NCBI GenBank assembly: GCA_964388105.1
Contig: CAYLYQ010000008.1
Coordinates: 1 to 56,728 of the forward strand
Direction of reading: 5' to 3'
Source: an uncultured Acidimicrobiaceae bacterium
GTDB lineage: Bacteria > Actinomycetota > Acidimicrobiia > Spongiisociales > ZC4RG35
DNA: 56,728 nucleotides
The position numbers were made by a program, and so were the translations under genes. Shown piece after piece: positions 44,779 through 55,200 of this stretch; the first letter of the stretch is position 1, and every line of letters begins with the position of its first letter. The notes under the pieces are model-generated. The model was given only the letters and a program-made list of their open reading frames with translations. It made no database searches and was not told the origin of the DNA.

Positions 44779-45402
44779 GTGGAGTTGCCGCCTCCGCGCC
44801 CGGCGACCAGGTTCGTCTGGGCGGTGGTGCCCCGGCTGGTCAGATCGGTCGGCGCGGTCGCGTGGCGACTGGAGATCGACGCCGGTCCCGGGTTTCCCCC
44901 GCCGCCGTTCGTCATCGCGGCGAACCACTACTCGTTCCTCGACCCGTTCCTGATCGGGGCGGCATGGCGCCGGAGGGTGAGTTTCATCGGGCTCCATGAC
45001 CTCTACGGCAACTACAGGCTGGTCGACTGGGGACTGGAGGCCTTCGAGACCATCCCCGTCCGGCGGGGCGTCGTTCCGGTGGGCACGGTCCGCCAAGCGC
45101 TCCGACACTTGACCTCCGGAGGGGCCGTGGGGGTGTTTCCCGAGGGCACCCGCCACTGGACTTTCGAGCCGGAGAAGGCTCGACCCGGAGCCGCGTGGCT
45201 GGCCGCCAGGTCAGGTGCTCCGCTGGTGCCGGTCGCCATCGCCGGCAGTGAAGATGTCCTGGGGGTGGACAACCGCCTCCGGCGAGGCCGGATCAGACTC
45301 ACGGTCGGTCCGACGCTGAGAGCGGCCGGAACCGATCGGCCCGCGGTCGATGACCTGACTCGTCGATGGGCCGATTGGGTCGGTGGCGCCCTGAAGGGCT
45401 GA
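44779..45402 (+). CDS. lysophospholipid (1-acyl-sn-glycerol-3-phosphate) acyltransferase family protein
   Basis: HX4D motif NHYSFLD and FPEGTR block. A GTG start 3 nt after the previous stop, so the start is uncertain. Confidence 0.75.
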   Translation: MELPPPRPATRFVWAVVPRLVRSVGAVAWRLEIDAGPGFPPPPFVIAANHYSFLDPFLIGAAWRRRVSFIGLHDLYGNYRLVDWGLEAFETIPVRRGVVPVGTVRQALRHLTSGGAVGVFPEGTRHWTFEPEKARPGAAWLAARSGAPLVPVAIAGSEDVLGVDNRLRRGRIRLTVGPTLRAAGTDRPAVDDLTRRWADWVGGALKG

Positions 45403-45514
45403 AGCTCCGGCTACCTCTGGCCCGTGTGCCTGGCTGCCGCCGAGGACTTCGCCTCTCTCGGATAGCCCAATAGAATCAGCGCGTTACCCCCGCTTTTCTC
45501 TTTCTCAGGAGCCC

Positions 45515-48052
45515 TTGGTGACCCGTATCGTCTCGTTGTTCGCGGCCGCTGTGCGCCGCTTTCCCTGGGTTGTGGTCATTGCGTTTGTCGCGATCACCGC
45601 CGCCATCGCCCCGTTGTCCGCCGACATGGTGGTCTCCACCGGCAACGAAGGGTTTGCTCCCGACAACCCCGAGATCAAGGCGCTCGAGCGGGCCACCGAG
45701 CTTTTCGGAACCGAGCAGGAGGCGGTGCTCCAGGTGGTGATCCGCCAGCCCGGAGGCGACGTGATCTCAGCGGAGGGACTGAGAGCTGCGCGGGCGGTCG
45801 AGGAGGCGATCCGCGCCACCGCCGGTCCGGCGCTCGCCGACACCCCCGTCCGCCCCGGAGTGGTCTCCTTCCTCGGCCCGGTCGTCCAGGCCGCTGAGGC
45901 CCAGGGCATCCCGCTCGATCAGCTCGATGACGCCGCCGTCGACCAGATGTACTCCGGCGCGTTGTCTCAGATGCCTTCGGAACAAGCCGGCTTTGTCACT
46001 TCCCTGCTTGCTCAGGAGGGCGACGCTGCCTCGGCGCAGGCCCCAGCCGCCTTGATCATCGCCTTCTTCAAGTCGGACAGCGACGCCAGCCCCACCGAGG
46101 CTATGGACGCCCAGATCGAGCTGGAGGCACAGATCGCAGACGCTCTGGAGGCAATCGATACCGACCTCGAGATCCGGCCGTTCAGCTTCAACCTGCTGTT
46201 CGGTGAAGTCGACTCCTTCACAGAAGAGATCGGCCGGCTGTTCGCCTTCGCCGGCCTCATCATCGTGGGCATCCTGCTGTTCGTCTATTGGACCAAGCCG
46301 AGGGGGGGCTACAGCGTCGGCAGGAGCATCCGCCGCACGATTGCCGACACCGCTCTGACGATGCTCACCATCTTCATGGCGATCGGGCTCATGCAGGGCA
46401 CCGGGGTTCTGTTGGAGCGCGCCGGGCTCATCGCCGCCTTTTCGGCCCCGACCCAGATCGTTCCGATCCTGATGATCGGTCTCGGGGTCGACTACGGGAT
46501 CCACCTGATCAGCCGGTATCGCGAAGAGGTGGGGGAGGGGCTGACGGCAGACGACGGGATGGGCATGTCGATCGGGACCTCGGGAGTGGCCCTGGTGCTG
46601 GCCACACTCACCACCGCCCTCGGCTTTCTCACCAACGTCACCAGCCCGGTGCCCGCCCTGGCGGACTTCGGCATCCTGGCCGCGGTCGGGATCCTCTATT
46701 CCTTCCTGCTCATGATGCTCTTCGTCCCCTCGGTGCGGCTTCTCCTCGATCGGAGGGCTGAGCGAGACGGAGGGCTGCCCACCGAGGCCTTCGGGCAGCA
46801 ACAAGACCGGCTTCTTCCCCAGCTGGTGGGCAAGACGGCTGTGGTCGCCGAGCGATTCCCGGTGATCGCCCTCACCCTCGCCCTCGGGTTCGGTGCCCTC
46901 GGCTTGTACGGCTTCACCCAACTCGAGACCCGGTTCAGCTTCACGGACTTCCTGCCCGAGGACGCCCCGGGCCTGGCCACGCTCGACATCCTCTCCACCG
47001 AGTTCGGTGGAGGGTTCGGTGAGCAGACCCAGATCCTCATCGAGGCCCCGGACGGAGCCAGCCTGGCCTCGGCGGAGTTCCACAACCTCATGATCGACGC
47101 CACTGCTGCTCTTGCCACGGTCGAGTCGGTGTCGACCTTCCCGACCGATGCCGGTCCCGTTGCCAACGTGACCTCGCCGATCTCGGTGCTGCAGCAGATG
47201 TTCATCGGGGGCCCTGACTCGGTCGATCCGAGGATCCTCGGGGCCATGGAGGAACTGGGGATCGGCCCGGATCTCAAGGCCCCGGCCGGAGCCGATGTGA
47301 CTCCGCTGTTCGACGCCATCGAATCCGTGGCCCCTGGACAGCTGGCTGCGGTGCAGCACAGAGATGGGGATCGGGTCGACGCCGTGCTGTTCGATGTCAG
47401 GACCACCGCCGGCGAGGGCGAGGTGGCCCAACTGCGCCAAGACCTCGAGGCAGTCCTGGCTCCGTTGGAGAGTGCAGGCGCCTCATCCATCGCCACCAGC
47501 CAGAACATCATCTCCGACGTGGTGGTCAACGCCCTGACCGCGTCCCAGAGCTCATCGCTCATCATCACCCTGGCCGCCGCCACGGCGGTGTTGATGGTCT
47601 TCTTCTGGGTGAGGAATCGACGGCCCTTCCTCGGCGTGTTGACGATGCTGCCGGTGGTGCTCGTCGTGCTGTGGACCTACGGTCTGATGTATGCGGCCGG
47701 GATCCCGTTCGGGCCCGTGACGGCCACGCTGGCCGCCTTGGCCATCGGGATCGGGGTGCCCTTCACCATCCATATCGCCCGTCGGTTCGAGGAAGACCGC
47801 CTCGAATACGACGACATCGAGGAGGCCATCCGCTCAACCACGACTCACACGGGTGGTGCTCTCGCCGGGTCGGCGTTCACGACCATGGCCGGCTTCGGGA
47901 TACTGGTGACGTCTTCGTTGACCCCCTTCAAACAGATGGGTCAGGTGACCACCTTCGCCATCGGGTTGGCGCTGATCGCGGCCATCGGAGTGCTGCCTTC
48001 GATGTTGGTGCTGTGGGAGCGTTGGCATCGCGGTCGGGGCCACTCGGTCTAG
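45515..48052 (+). CDS. MMPL/RND-superfamily membrane transporter
   Basis: Two 6-TM bundles, each followed or preceded by a large extracytoplasmic loop. Conserved GLGVDYGIH and GIGVPFTIH. The start is TTG 45515 or GTG 45518, after AGGAG. Confidence 0.85.
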   Translation: MVTRIVSLFAAAVRRFPWVVVIAFVAITAAIAPLSADMVVSTGNEGFAPDNPEIKALERATELFGTEQEAVLQVVIRQPGGDVISAEGLRAARAVEEAIRATAGPALADTPVRPGVVSFLGPVVQAAEAQGIPLDQLDDAAVDQMYSGALSQMPSEQAGFVTSLLAQEGDAASAQAPAALIIAFFKSDSDASPTEAMDAQIELEAQIADALEAIDTDLEIRPFSFNLLFGEVDSFTEEIGRLFAFAGLIIVGILLFVYWTKPRGGYSVGRSIRRTIADTALTMLTIFMAIGLMQGTGVLLERAGLIAAFSAPTQIVPILMIGLGVDYGIHLISRYREEVGEGLTADDGMGMSIGTSGVALVLATLTTALGFLTNVTSPVPALADFGILAAVGILYSFLLMMLFVPSVRLLLDRRAERDGGLPTEAFGQQQDRLLPQLVGKTAVVAERFPVIALTLALGFGALGLYGFTQLETRFSFTDFLPEDAPGLATLDILSTEFGGGFGEQTQILIEAPDGASLASAEFHNLMIDATAALATVESVSTFPTDAGPVANVTSPISVLQQMFIGGPDSVDPRILGAMEELGIGPDLKAPAGADVTPLFDAIESVAPGQLAAVQHRDGDRVDAVLFDVRTTAGEGEVAQLRQDLEAVLAPLESAGASSIATSQNIISDVVVNALTASQSSSLIITLAAATAVLMVFFWVRNRRPFLGVLTMLPVVLVVLWTYGLMYAAGIPFGPVTATLAALAIGIGVPFTIHIARRFEEDRLEYDDIEEAIRSTTTHTGGALAGSAFTTMAGFGILVTSSLTPFKQMGQVTTFAIGLALIAAIGVLPSMLVLWERWHRGRGHSV

Positions 48053-48122
48053 GCCCGAAGAGCCCTACCAGCTCGCCAAAACGAGAGACTCCTACGCGGT
48101 TCTCACTCCCGGCGCCCGATCC

Positions 48123-49070
48123 TCATCGCATCGCGGCCGTGACGGCCGTGGGTTGCCCGGCTGAGTCCGCCGGGACCGATGCGACCGCGGCGGCCTTCGT
48201 CTCCAGCGGGGACCAGTCGATGATGAGGATCCCGGCCAGCACCAGCGCGGTCTGATAGGTGCTCATGAGCCCGATTCCACCAGCAACGAGGAGCAGCACA
48301 CCGGCGGCAGCGAGTCCCTGACGGTCGGCGAGGGCGGAGGTGAACGTGATTGCCAACGCCCCCGCGGCTAGGGCATACCCGAGGCCGGGCAGCCAGCCGG
48401 GGACGCCCAGGTTCCACAGCATCAGGACCGATAGTGTCGACCCGGCGCCGACCATGGCGCCGCCGACGAGGACCGCCACGATTCCGCCGGCGACGATGGC
48501 GCCGGACCGGGGGGCGGATCGAAGCAGGAGCGGGCTGGTCACTCCAGCGACGATCAGCGCGATCTCAGCTGCCAGGATGAAGAGATCGACCTGGCGCCCG
48601 CTGAGACCGCCGCCAGAGCCCTGCCCCAAGACCGCGACACCGGCCATCACCGTTCCGACGACGAACAGTCCCAGTGGCAGCGTCTGGAGCCCGCGCCACA
48701 CGGTTGCGGTGATGATCACGATGATCGCGATCGACGACCAACCCACCGTCTCCTGGCTGAGGAGACCCAGCCTGCCGGCCCCCGCGAGCACCAGGAACAA
48801 CAGGGTCCCGCCACCGCTCAGCCAGCCGCGGGCGTCGCGACGGCGAAGGCTGCGGTGCGCCAGCATGCACAGTGTCGCCACGAGCAGCACGGCCGCCAGG
48901 TAGTAGCTGTACCTTCCCACCTCGGCCACCGCCCGGATGGGTGTCTCGTAGCTGCCCAGGCCGGGGATGTGGACGAGGGTGCGCGTAGCTGTGCGCAGCA
49001 ACACGAACTCGACGAGGACTGCGGCCGCCAGCACCAGAGGCAGGAACTTCGACTCAGGTTCGCGCGGCAT
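48123..49070 (-). CDS. hypothetical polytopic membrane protein, last gene of the molybdoenzyme operon
   Basis: ATG 49070 lies after GGGAGGGAAG and overlaps the gamma gene by 17 nt. About 8-9 TM helices and only two His residues. The track's 200-aa extension is rejected. Confidence 0.6.
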   Translation of the reverse strand: MPREPESKFLPLVLAAAVLVEFVLLRTATRTLVHIPGLGSYETPIRAVAEVGRYSYYLAAVLLVATLCMLAHRSLRRRDARGWLSGGGTLLFLVLAGAGRLGLLSQETVGWSSIAIIVIITATVWRGLQTLPLGLFVVGTVMAGVAVLGQGSGGGLSGRQVDLFILAAEIALIVAGVTSPLLLRSAPRSGAIVAGGIVAVLVGGAMVGAGSTLSVLMLWNLGVPGWLPGLGYALAAGALAITFTSALADRQGLAAAGVLLLVAGGIGLMSTYQTALVLAGILIIDWSPLETKAAAVASVPADSAGQPTAVTAAMR

Positions 49071-50049
49071 CTTCCCTCCCGCGACGACCAACCTGGCGCC
49101 ACACCACCACGAACAGGGCCACGATGAGGAGGACGAAGCCGAGACCGAACCAGGACGCCGGGTTCGACGGCGTGTACGCGGGCCAGTCGTCAGTGGCGGG
49201 TACCGCACGGCGCGGGGGTCCTTCGTTGGTGATCCTGAGCTGGGTGAAGGCGGACAGTGACTTGATGCCGTCGCGTTCTCTCTTGTTGCCGTCCCACATC
49301 GCGAAGGCGACATCGATGGGCTGATCTGCCGCGAAGGCCGGTTGCAGTTCTCCCGCGGGCTGGAAGGGTCTCGTGTAGACCACCATCCAGCGGTTGCCCG
49401 AGTACACCCCATTGCCTTGGAGCGTCCCGAAGTCGACCGCGTCCAGGGTCCCGAAGCCGCCTGCGACGAGGTTGTGCACCGGGGACCGTGCCTGCTGGGA
49501 GAGCGGGTTGCCCGCAGCCCGGGCCGGGAAGTAGAGGTCGTCGGTCTCCGGGTAGAGGTCGACGTAGCCGTCGGATCCCAAGGCGGGTGCCTCTTCCTGC
49601 TGATCCCCCCGCCAATGCCAGATGTTGACCGCCTGATCGGCTTGCCCCATGCAGATGAATGGGACCGCACTTCCCGCCTCTGCCGGGAACTGGATGGCAG
49701 CGGAGTCCGTGAACGCCTCGTACCGGTCGGAAAGCCGGTTCGGCGTCGGATCCACCCACTCCAACATCACGTACAGGTTCTCGTCCCAATGGACAGCCCG
49801 GACCGCCACGCTCCCGACCGCTCCGCCTCCCATCGGCGGGGTCACCTGCTGGTTCGTCGTGGGCAGCACCACCGGGAGGATCGACTGCCACTCGGGTGCC
49901 GAACCGTCCAACCCGGGTGCCTCGGTGACGCGCCACGCGCCGATCCTCTGGGTCTGGGCCATGGCCGGGTTGGCGTCGCCGATGCGCAGGATGCCGGCCA
50001 CCAGCGCCAGGACCAGGATCACAGCGCCTTTGGCGAGGACGGATCTCAT
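49054..50049 (-). CDS. EB_dh-type (ethylbenzene dehydrogenase gamma-like) heme-b subunit with C-terminal TM anchor
   Basis: ATG 50049 overlaps the delta stop (ATGA). Sec signal ending AMA-QT. EB_dh-like blocks VRAVHWDENLYVMLEW, AAIQFP, NIWHW, VAFAMWDG. C-terminal helix WFGLGFVLLIVALFVVVW. Confidence 0.75.
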   Translation of the reverse strand: MRSVLAKGAVILVLALVAGILRIGDANPAMAQTQRIGAWRVTEAPGLDGSAPEWQSILPVVLPTTNQQVTPPMGGGAVGSVAVRAVHWDENLYVMLEWVDPTPNRLSDRYEAFTDSAAIQFPAEAGSAVPFICMGQADQAVNIWHWRGDQQEEAPALGSDGYVDLYPETDDLYFPARAAGNPLSQQARSPVHNLVAGGFGTLDAVDFGTLQGNGVYSGNRWMVVYTRPFQPAGELQPAFAADQPIDVAFAMWDGNKRERDGIKSLSAFTQLRITNEGPPRRAVPATDDWPAYTPSNPASWFGLGFVLLIVALFVVVWRQVGRRGREDAART

Positions 50050-50789
50050 CCGATGACCTGTTCGCCCGGGGCGGGGCAAGGGCCACAGAGGCCATCATCC
50101 GGGGGCTCCTGGGGAAGGGGCTCATCGACCACCTCGACGGGCACCACACCTGATGCTGAAGCGTCGGCCTCGACCCACTCCGCCAGAAGGAGCCCGAGAT
50201 GGCGATACCAGGGGCTCGCCGTGACCGCGGCGGCCCGCCGCCCGAAAGCTGGAGCCCAGCATCCGAGGTGATCGCTCAGGAAGAGGGAAGCCGTTTCCCG
50301 ACAGATGTCGCTGTCGTCGATGCGGCCATCCTCCAGGGCGAGGACCTGCTTGCGGGCGAGAACCGCCATGAACTCGAGCTCGACGGTGATGTGATCGAGT
50401 TGCTCCCTGGCGCTTCCACCGGCACGGAGCCCGTGGGCGCGATAGAAGCCGGCGATGTCGGCGAGGATCGTCGTTTGCTGGAAGATGCCGTCCCCGCGGT
50501 AAGCGGTCTCGTTGCCCGGTGCGTCCTGAGAGGTGATCGGGGGGAAGAGGGCCATGTGGTCTTCTCGAGCCCGGTACGGGTCGGTGGGAACTTGGGCTGC
50601 GAGATCTCTCACCAGAGCGGACAGGCGGCTCGGGAGCTCCAGTCCCAGGGCTCCCGGGATCAGGGTCCTTGCGAGCAGGGCCAGCGTCGCCGGCGTGGGC
50701 AGGGCGAAGCCGGTGGCCAAAAGCGCGTACACCGTCGCACGCCCTGCCGCTTCGACGGTCTCTTCGTGGATCAGGGTGGCGCTGGTCAT
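50046..50789 (-). CDS. TorD/NarJ-family molybdoenzyme maturation chaperone (delta)
   Basis: TorD-like pattern (YALLATGFALP...DHITVELEFMAVLA) and its position between beta and gamma, as in ser/ddh/clr ABDC operons. Confidence 0.75.
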   Translation of the reverse strand: MTSATLIHEETVEAAGRATVYALLATGFALPTPATLALLARTLIPGALGLELPSRLSALVRDLAAQVPTDPYRAREDHMALFPPITSQDAPGNETAYRGDGIFQQTTILADIAGFYRAHGLRAGGSAREQLDHITVELEFMAVLARKQVLALEDGRIDDSDICRETASLFLSDHLGCWAPAFGRRAAAVTASPWYRHLGLLLAEWVEADASASGVVPVEVVDEPLPQEPPDDGLCGPCPAPGEQVIG

Positions 50790-52012
50790 ATCGAGTTCAA
50801 CTTCAGGGGTCGGGTGTGGAGGGGCTCCTCCACACGAATCCGGACGATCTCATGTCCGTCGGCGTCGAACCCGATGGCCGTGTCGTTGAAGATCTCGTAG
50901 CCCTCCCCGCCGACCTGGACCTCCCCGACCCTCTCGCCTTCCTCGATGTCGAAGGAGAAGATGATCTGCTGGGAGGCCCGGAAGAGCTGGAGGACGGCCA
51001 GAAGGGTTCGAGACGGCCGGGTGTATCGCTCGATGGCGTGGTCGACGCCAGGGCCGAACATCTGGCGGAGGTAGTCACGGGGAACCCATCGGGGCGGGAT
51101 GTAGTAGATGTTGGGTTGGGTGCCGAACTGCGGATATAGCGGGAGCGCCACCTTCTCCTCGTGGACCAGGTAGTACAGGGGGTGGTTGGGATCCCTCGTC
51201 CAAGTGCCGTCGGCCTCGACGGAGACCAGCCCTTGCATCCGGATCTTCCCGACGCATGCGGTCATGCATCTCGTTTCCATGGGGTGCCCGTCGGTGAGGG
51301 GGTCGGTTCCTTCCACTCTCGGGTAGCAACCGATGCACTTCTCCGAAGTCCCGGTCGTGGGCCGGTACATGGACTTCTTGTACGGGCATGCCTCGACACA
51401 CTTGCGATAACCGCGGCACCGCTCCTGGTCGATGAGGACGATCCCGTCCTCGGGCCGCTTGTAGATGGCGTTGCGGGGGCAGGCTGCGAGACACGCGGGA
51501 TAGGTGCAGTGGTTGCAGATGCGGGCCAGATAGAAGAACCAGCCCTCATGCTCGGGAAGGCTCGTCCCTTTCGCGGACCAACCAGTGCCGTGGTCTTCGA
51601 AGCGGTTGGGCCCCTTCCACTCGTCGTCGGTGGGTAGGTAGCCGACCGCCCGTTCCTCGGGCGCGGCGGCCTCGAAGATCGTCTTCCCCTCGAACCGGCC
51701 GTATGGAGCATCCGTCGACAGGTCGGAATCGTCCCACACCTGCCCGCCCGGGTTGGCCTGTTCCAGGAGCTCCAGGGTCTTCACGTCCCAGTGCCGGGGG
51801 TAGCCGCCGTACGGTTTGGTCTCGACGTTGTTCCACCACATCAGCTCCTGACCCGGCGAGAAGGTCCAGGTGGAGCGGCAGGCCATCGTGCAGGTCTGGC
51901 AGGCGATGCACCGGTTGATGTTGAACACCGCGGCGAACTGTCGTTTGGCGCCACCGCCCTCGAACCGGTACTCCATGTCCCGTCCGAGTTGCCAGTTGTA
52001 TGCCGTCGTCAT
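50786..52012 (-). CDS. 4Fe-4S iron-sulfur beta subunit of a type II DMSO-reductase-family enzyme (NarH-like)
   Basis: Cys clusters CIACQTCTMAC, CNHCTYPACLAACP, CRGYRKCVEACP, CIGC...CMTAC. NarH-like N-terminus NWQLGR. Confidence 0.9.
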   Translation of the reverse strand: MTTAYNWQLGRDMEYRFEGGGAKRQFAAVFNINRCIACQTCTMACRSTWTFSPGQELMWWNNVETKPYGGYPRHWDVKTLELLEQANPGGQVWDDSDLSTDAPYGRFEGKTIFEAAAPEERAVGYLPTDDEWKGPNRFEDHGTGWSAKGTSLPEHEGWFFYLARICNHCTYPACLAACPRNAIYKRPEDGIVLIDQERCRGYRKCVEACPYKKSMYRPTTGTSEKCIGCYPRVEGTDPLTDGHPMETRCMTACVGKIRMQGLVSVEADGTWTRDPNHPLYYLVHEEKVALPLYPQFGTQPNIYYIPPRWVPRDYLRQMFGPGVDHAIERYTRPSRTLLAVLQLFRASQQIIFSFDIEEGERVGEVQVGGEGYEIFNDTAIGFDADGHEIVRIRVEEPLHTRPLKLNSI

Positions 52013-52260
52013 GGCCTGACTCCGAAGACGCCCGTGATCAGCTCCTGGACGAAGTCCACGCCCCTGCGGCGGTAGATCTTGTTGGGCATTCCGAAGGCCG
52101 GCGAGATGAACAACTCGAGGATCTCGCTGGCGGCGAAGCCGTTGAGTGCGTACTCCTCGATGAGGCAGCGGGCCGTCTCCCGGTCGGTCTCTTCGTCGAC
52201 ATGTCGTGCACGGGGGACCCCGACGAGTTCGTAGGGATCGCCGGACTCGAGGTGCTTCAT
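52009..52260 (-). CDS. 83-aa hypothetical protein encoded between alpha and beta subunits
   Basis: MKHLESGDPYELVGVPRARHVDEETDRETARCLIEEYALNGFAASEILELFISPAFGMPNKIYRRRGVDFVQELITGVFGVRP. ATGA overlaps at both ends (52257-60 and 52009-12). It exactly fills the alpha-beta gap. Confidence 0.65.
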   Translation of the reverse strand: MKHLESGDPYELVGVPRARHVDEETDRETARCLIEEYALNGFAASEILELFISPAFGMPNKIYRRRGVDFVQELITGVFGVRP

Positions 52261-55200
52261 CTGCGGGCCCCCTTGATGGTGACTATCTGGCCGGCGAGGT
52301 AGTTCTGCATGAATCGGTCTTCGCCCCCGGGGCTCCTGCCCGTGGTGGCACCGGACCACACGCCGTTCCCTCCCAGGCCCCCGGCCTCGGCTTTGGTGAT
52401 GCGGACGACGGTCTCCTTGGGGACCGTGTTGATGGCGTGGTTGTCGACGTCGAACCCGAAGACGAACCCCATTCCCGCCGCACGCTTGTGGAACAGCGAG
52501 TCGGTCTGGTGCAACGGCGGCGCCCATCCCCGGGTCAGCGACTGCTGGCTGCCGTGTCGGAAGCTCGACTGGTACCCGGTGTCGGCCAGCGCCCGGCCGT
52601 CGGGCCTTTGCTTCGCCGCGGCGATGGTGCGCGGAGTGGCCATGTAGAAGGCGTGTTTGATCATGGTGACGCCCGGCGGGTAGCTGGGGTTGTAGCTGAC
52701 CCGGGCCATGAGTCGGGCCGCCTCGTAGAAGGGGTCATCCTCGCTGGCCCCGACGTACGGCCGGTCGGCGGGATTGGCGTCGATCCAAACCCAGTCACCG
52801 TTCTCGAGGCCGAGGCCGCGGGCGTCGACGGGATTGAGGTGGAGCTGAGCGTCGCCCACCCCCGGCATCCGCTTCTCGGTGCGCTGGGGGTCGCCGAAGT
52901 TGGAGTTCCAGATCCAGTGCCAATCGGTCACCGCCCACGAGGAGTGCACCGAGTGGCGCGACTTGGGCGTGAGGCACAGATAGCGGTATCCCTGATCGAA
53001 CAGCGGGTTCGTGGTGCGGCGCACCTCCGACCAGGGCATCTTGATGTTGCGCACCTGGCGCCGGTCGGCGTCCATGTCGTCGATGTCGATCCCGTAGTCG
53101 TTGGGGCGGATCCAGGGGCTCGTGGAGACGATGACGTTGGGGGCGTAGGGAGTCGCCTCCACAGCCTCGCGGTGCACGATCAGGTTCTCGCCGAAGTCGA
53201 TCGCCTCGGGGAGATCGCAGTAGGCGTTGAGGCGGCCGGTGTCGGTGTAGAAGGGGAGGCTGTCCTCTATCTGCTCCCAGAACGGGATGCGGGGGTACGT
53301 GCGGTACTGCATCAGAGCCCCGCCGGGCTCGCCGTAGCGCCCACCCATGATGTCCTCGACGGTGTAACCCTCCGTGGTGAAGGACGCCTTGAGGACCCGG
53401 TCGAGGTACACCTCCGGCCGCCCCTCGCTGGCGAACTGGAAGAAGTCTGCGAATCGGCGCTCACCGGTGAGGCCGGTCAGCGCTCTCGCCACTCCGGCGA
53501 AGATGGCGATGTCGTCGCGGCTGTCGTGGATGGGCTCGATCCCGCCCTTCCAGAGCTGGAGGAACGGATTCGAGCACGACCCGCCCATCTCCAGGGTCTC
53601 GAACTCGAGCCAGCTGTTGGCGGGGAGGATGACGTCCGCGAACTCGGCCGACCCGGTCCACTCGATCTGCTGGTCGACGATCATGTCGACCTTCGGGTTG
53701 GTGTGTTTGATCAGGTGGTAGGCCCATTTGGCCTGGTTGATCAGGTTGGCGTTGTTGTACCAGAGCAGCTTGGTGGGGGTGGGCATGTGGCTGCGGCCGG
53801 TGAACACCTTCCGTCCCTCGGAAGGGGTGTCCACCACCAGCGGCCGGTCGCCATATCCCCAGTACGAGGTCTCCTCACCGTGGAGGTAGTGGTGGGTGTC
53901 GGCGAAGTCGTAAGTGTCGTTCTCACCCATCAGCGGCCGGAAGGGGTTCTCGTTGACGTAGCCGCCGACGCCCGGGCCGAACCACGGGGCGGCGTGGAAG
54001 ATGCCCCCCTTGTAGTTGCCGGCCCAGGTGCTCACCCCGGCGCCCGGGATCCCGATCTGGCCCGTGAGCATCGAGACCAGATAGGTGGCCCGGTTGTGGA
54101 GGGTGGCGTGGAAGTAGTGGTTGACGCCCTCGCCCACCTGGATCGACATGGGCCGGATCGTGGCCACGTCCTCGAGGAGCTGGCGGAGCAGGTCCGGTGG
54201 TGAGCCGGTGATGTCGGCCACCGTGTCCAGGTCGTAGTCGGCCAGGTGGTCGCGGTAGAGGTTCAGGGCCGTGGCCGCCTCCACTTCCGTGCCGTCAGCC
54301 AGCGTGACTGTGCCCCGCCAGTCCACGACCGGGTCGATGCCCGCCTCGAGCAGGCGGTCCCCCACGTGCTCGCGGTGGATGGGGCGCACCCGGCCGCTCG
54401 CGTCCCAGACCACCCGGTCGCCGATGACCTCGTACTGCTCCGGTGTCATGCCGTGGAGGGCGAAGCTGGGGGCTCCGGGATCGAGCATCGGCTGATGCCC
54501 GGCGAAGACGTCGTCGGCGCGCAGGCGGGTCAGGGTGTCCAGCCTGATCAGGAGCGGGAGGTCGGTGAACCGCTTGACGAAGTCGACGTCGTATCCGCCG
54601 CTCTCGATGAGCTCTTTGGCGAGGTACAGGAAGATCGCCGTGTCCGACAGGCCCGCCCTGACCGGGATCCAGTAGTCCGACTTGGTCGACTGCGGCCCGT
54701 ACTCGGGGACGATCGAGACGATCTTGCCGCCCCGTTCCATGATCTCGTGGAACCAGTGGCTCTCCGGCATCTTGTTCTCGACGAGGTTCTTTCCCACCTG
54801 GATGAGCAGCCGGCTGTAGCGCAGGTCGTTGAAGTCGACTTCGGAGGTCTGGAGGCCGGTGACGAAGGGAAACCCGGGCGCTTGGTCCCCGCGCCAGGTG
54901 TATTCAGACCAGTCCCGCGCCCCAACTGCCTCCTCGGGGCCCACGCCCCGAACCGCAGCATCGAGAAGGGCGAGCATGTTGGCGAAGCGGAACAGTCCGA
55001 ACTTCCCTGCCACTCCGTGGACGGGGAGCGAGGAGCCGAACTTCATCGTTCGCACACCTGACTCCTCCCAGAACTCGAGCATCTCCGGCTCGTAGCCGTC
55101 CCGGTCGAGCAGGCGCCGGCGGCCTTCCTCACCCGAATAGGTATCGGCAATCGCCCGGAGGCCTCTGGCGACGTAGTCGTCGACCTCGTCCCAGGTGAGG

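Noticed and set aside
45767-47440. 557-aa minus-strand ORF
   Set aside because: It is antisense to the MMPL transporter gene and has shadow-ORF composition.
52261-52527. N-terminal 89-aa extension of the small ORF (track 52009..52527)
   Set aside because: It overlaps the 3' end of the alpha gene out of frame and is Arg/Gly/Pro-rich. The ATG at 52260 gives an exact ATGA coupling.
52206-54203. 665-aa plus-strand ORF
   Set aside because: It is antisense to the molybdoenzyme alpha subunit. It has low-complexity Gly/Arg/Val/Pro composition and no recognisable domain.
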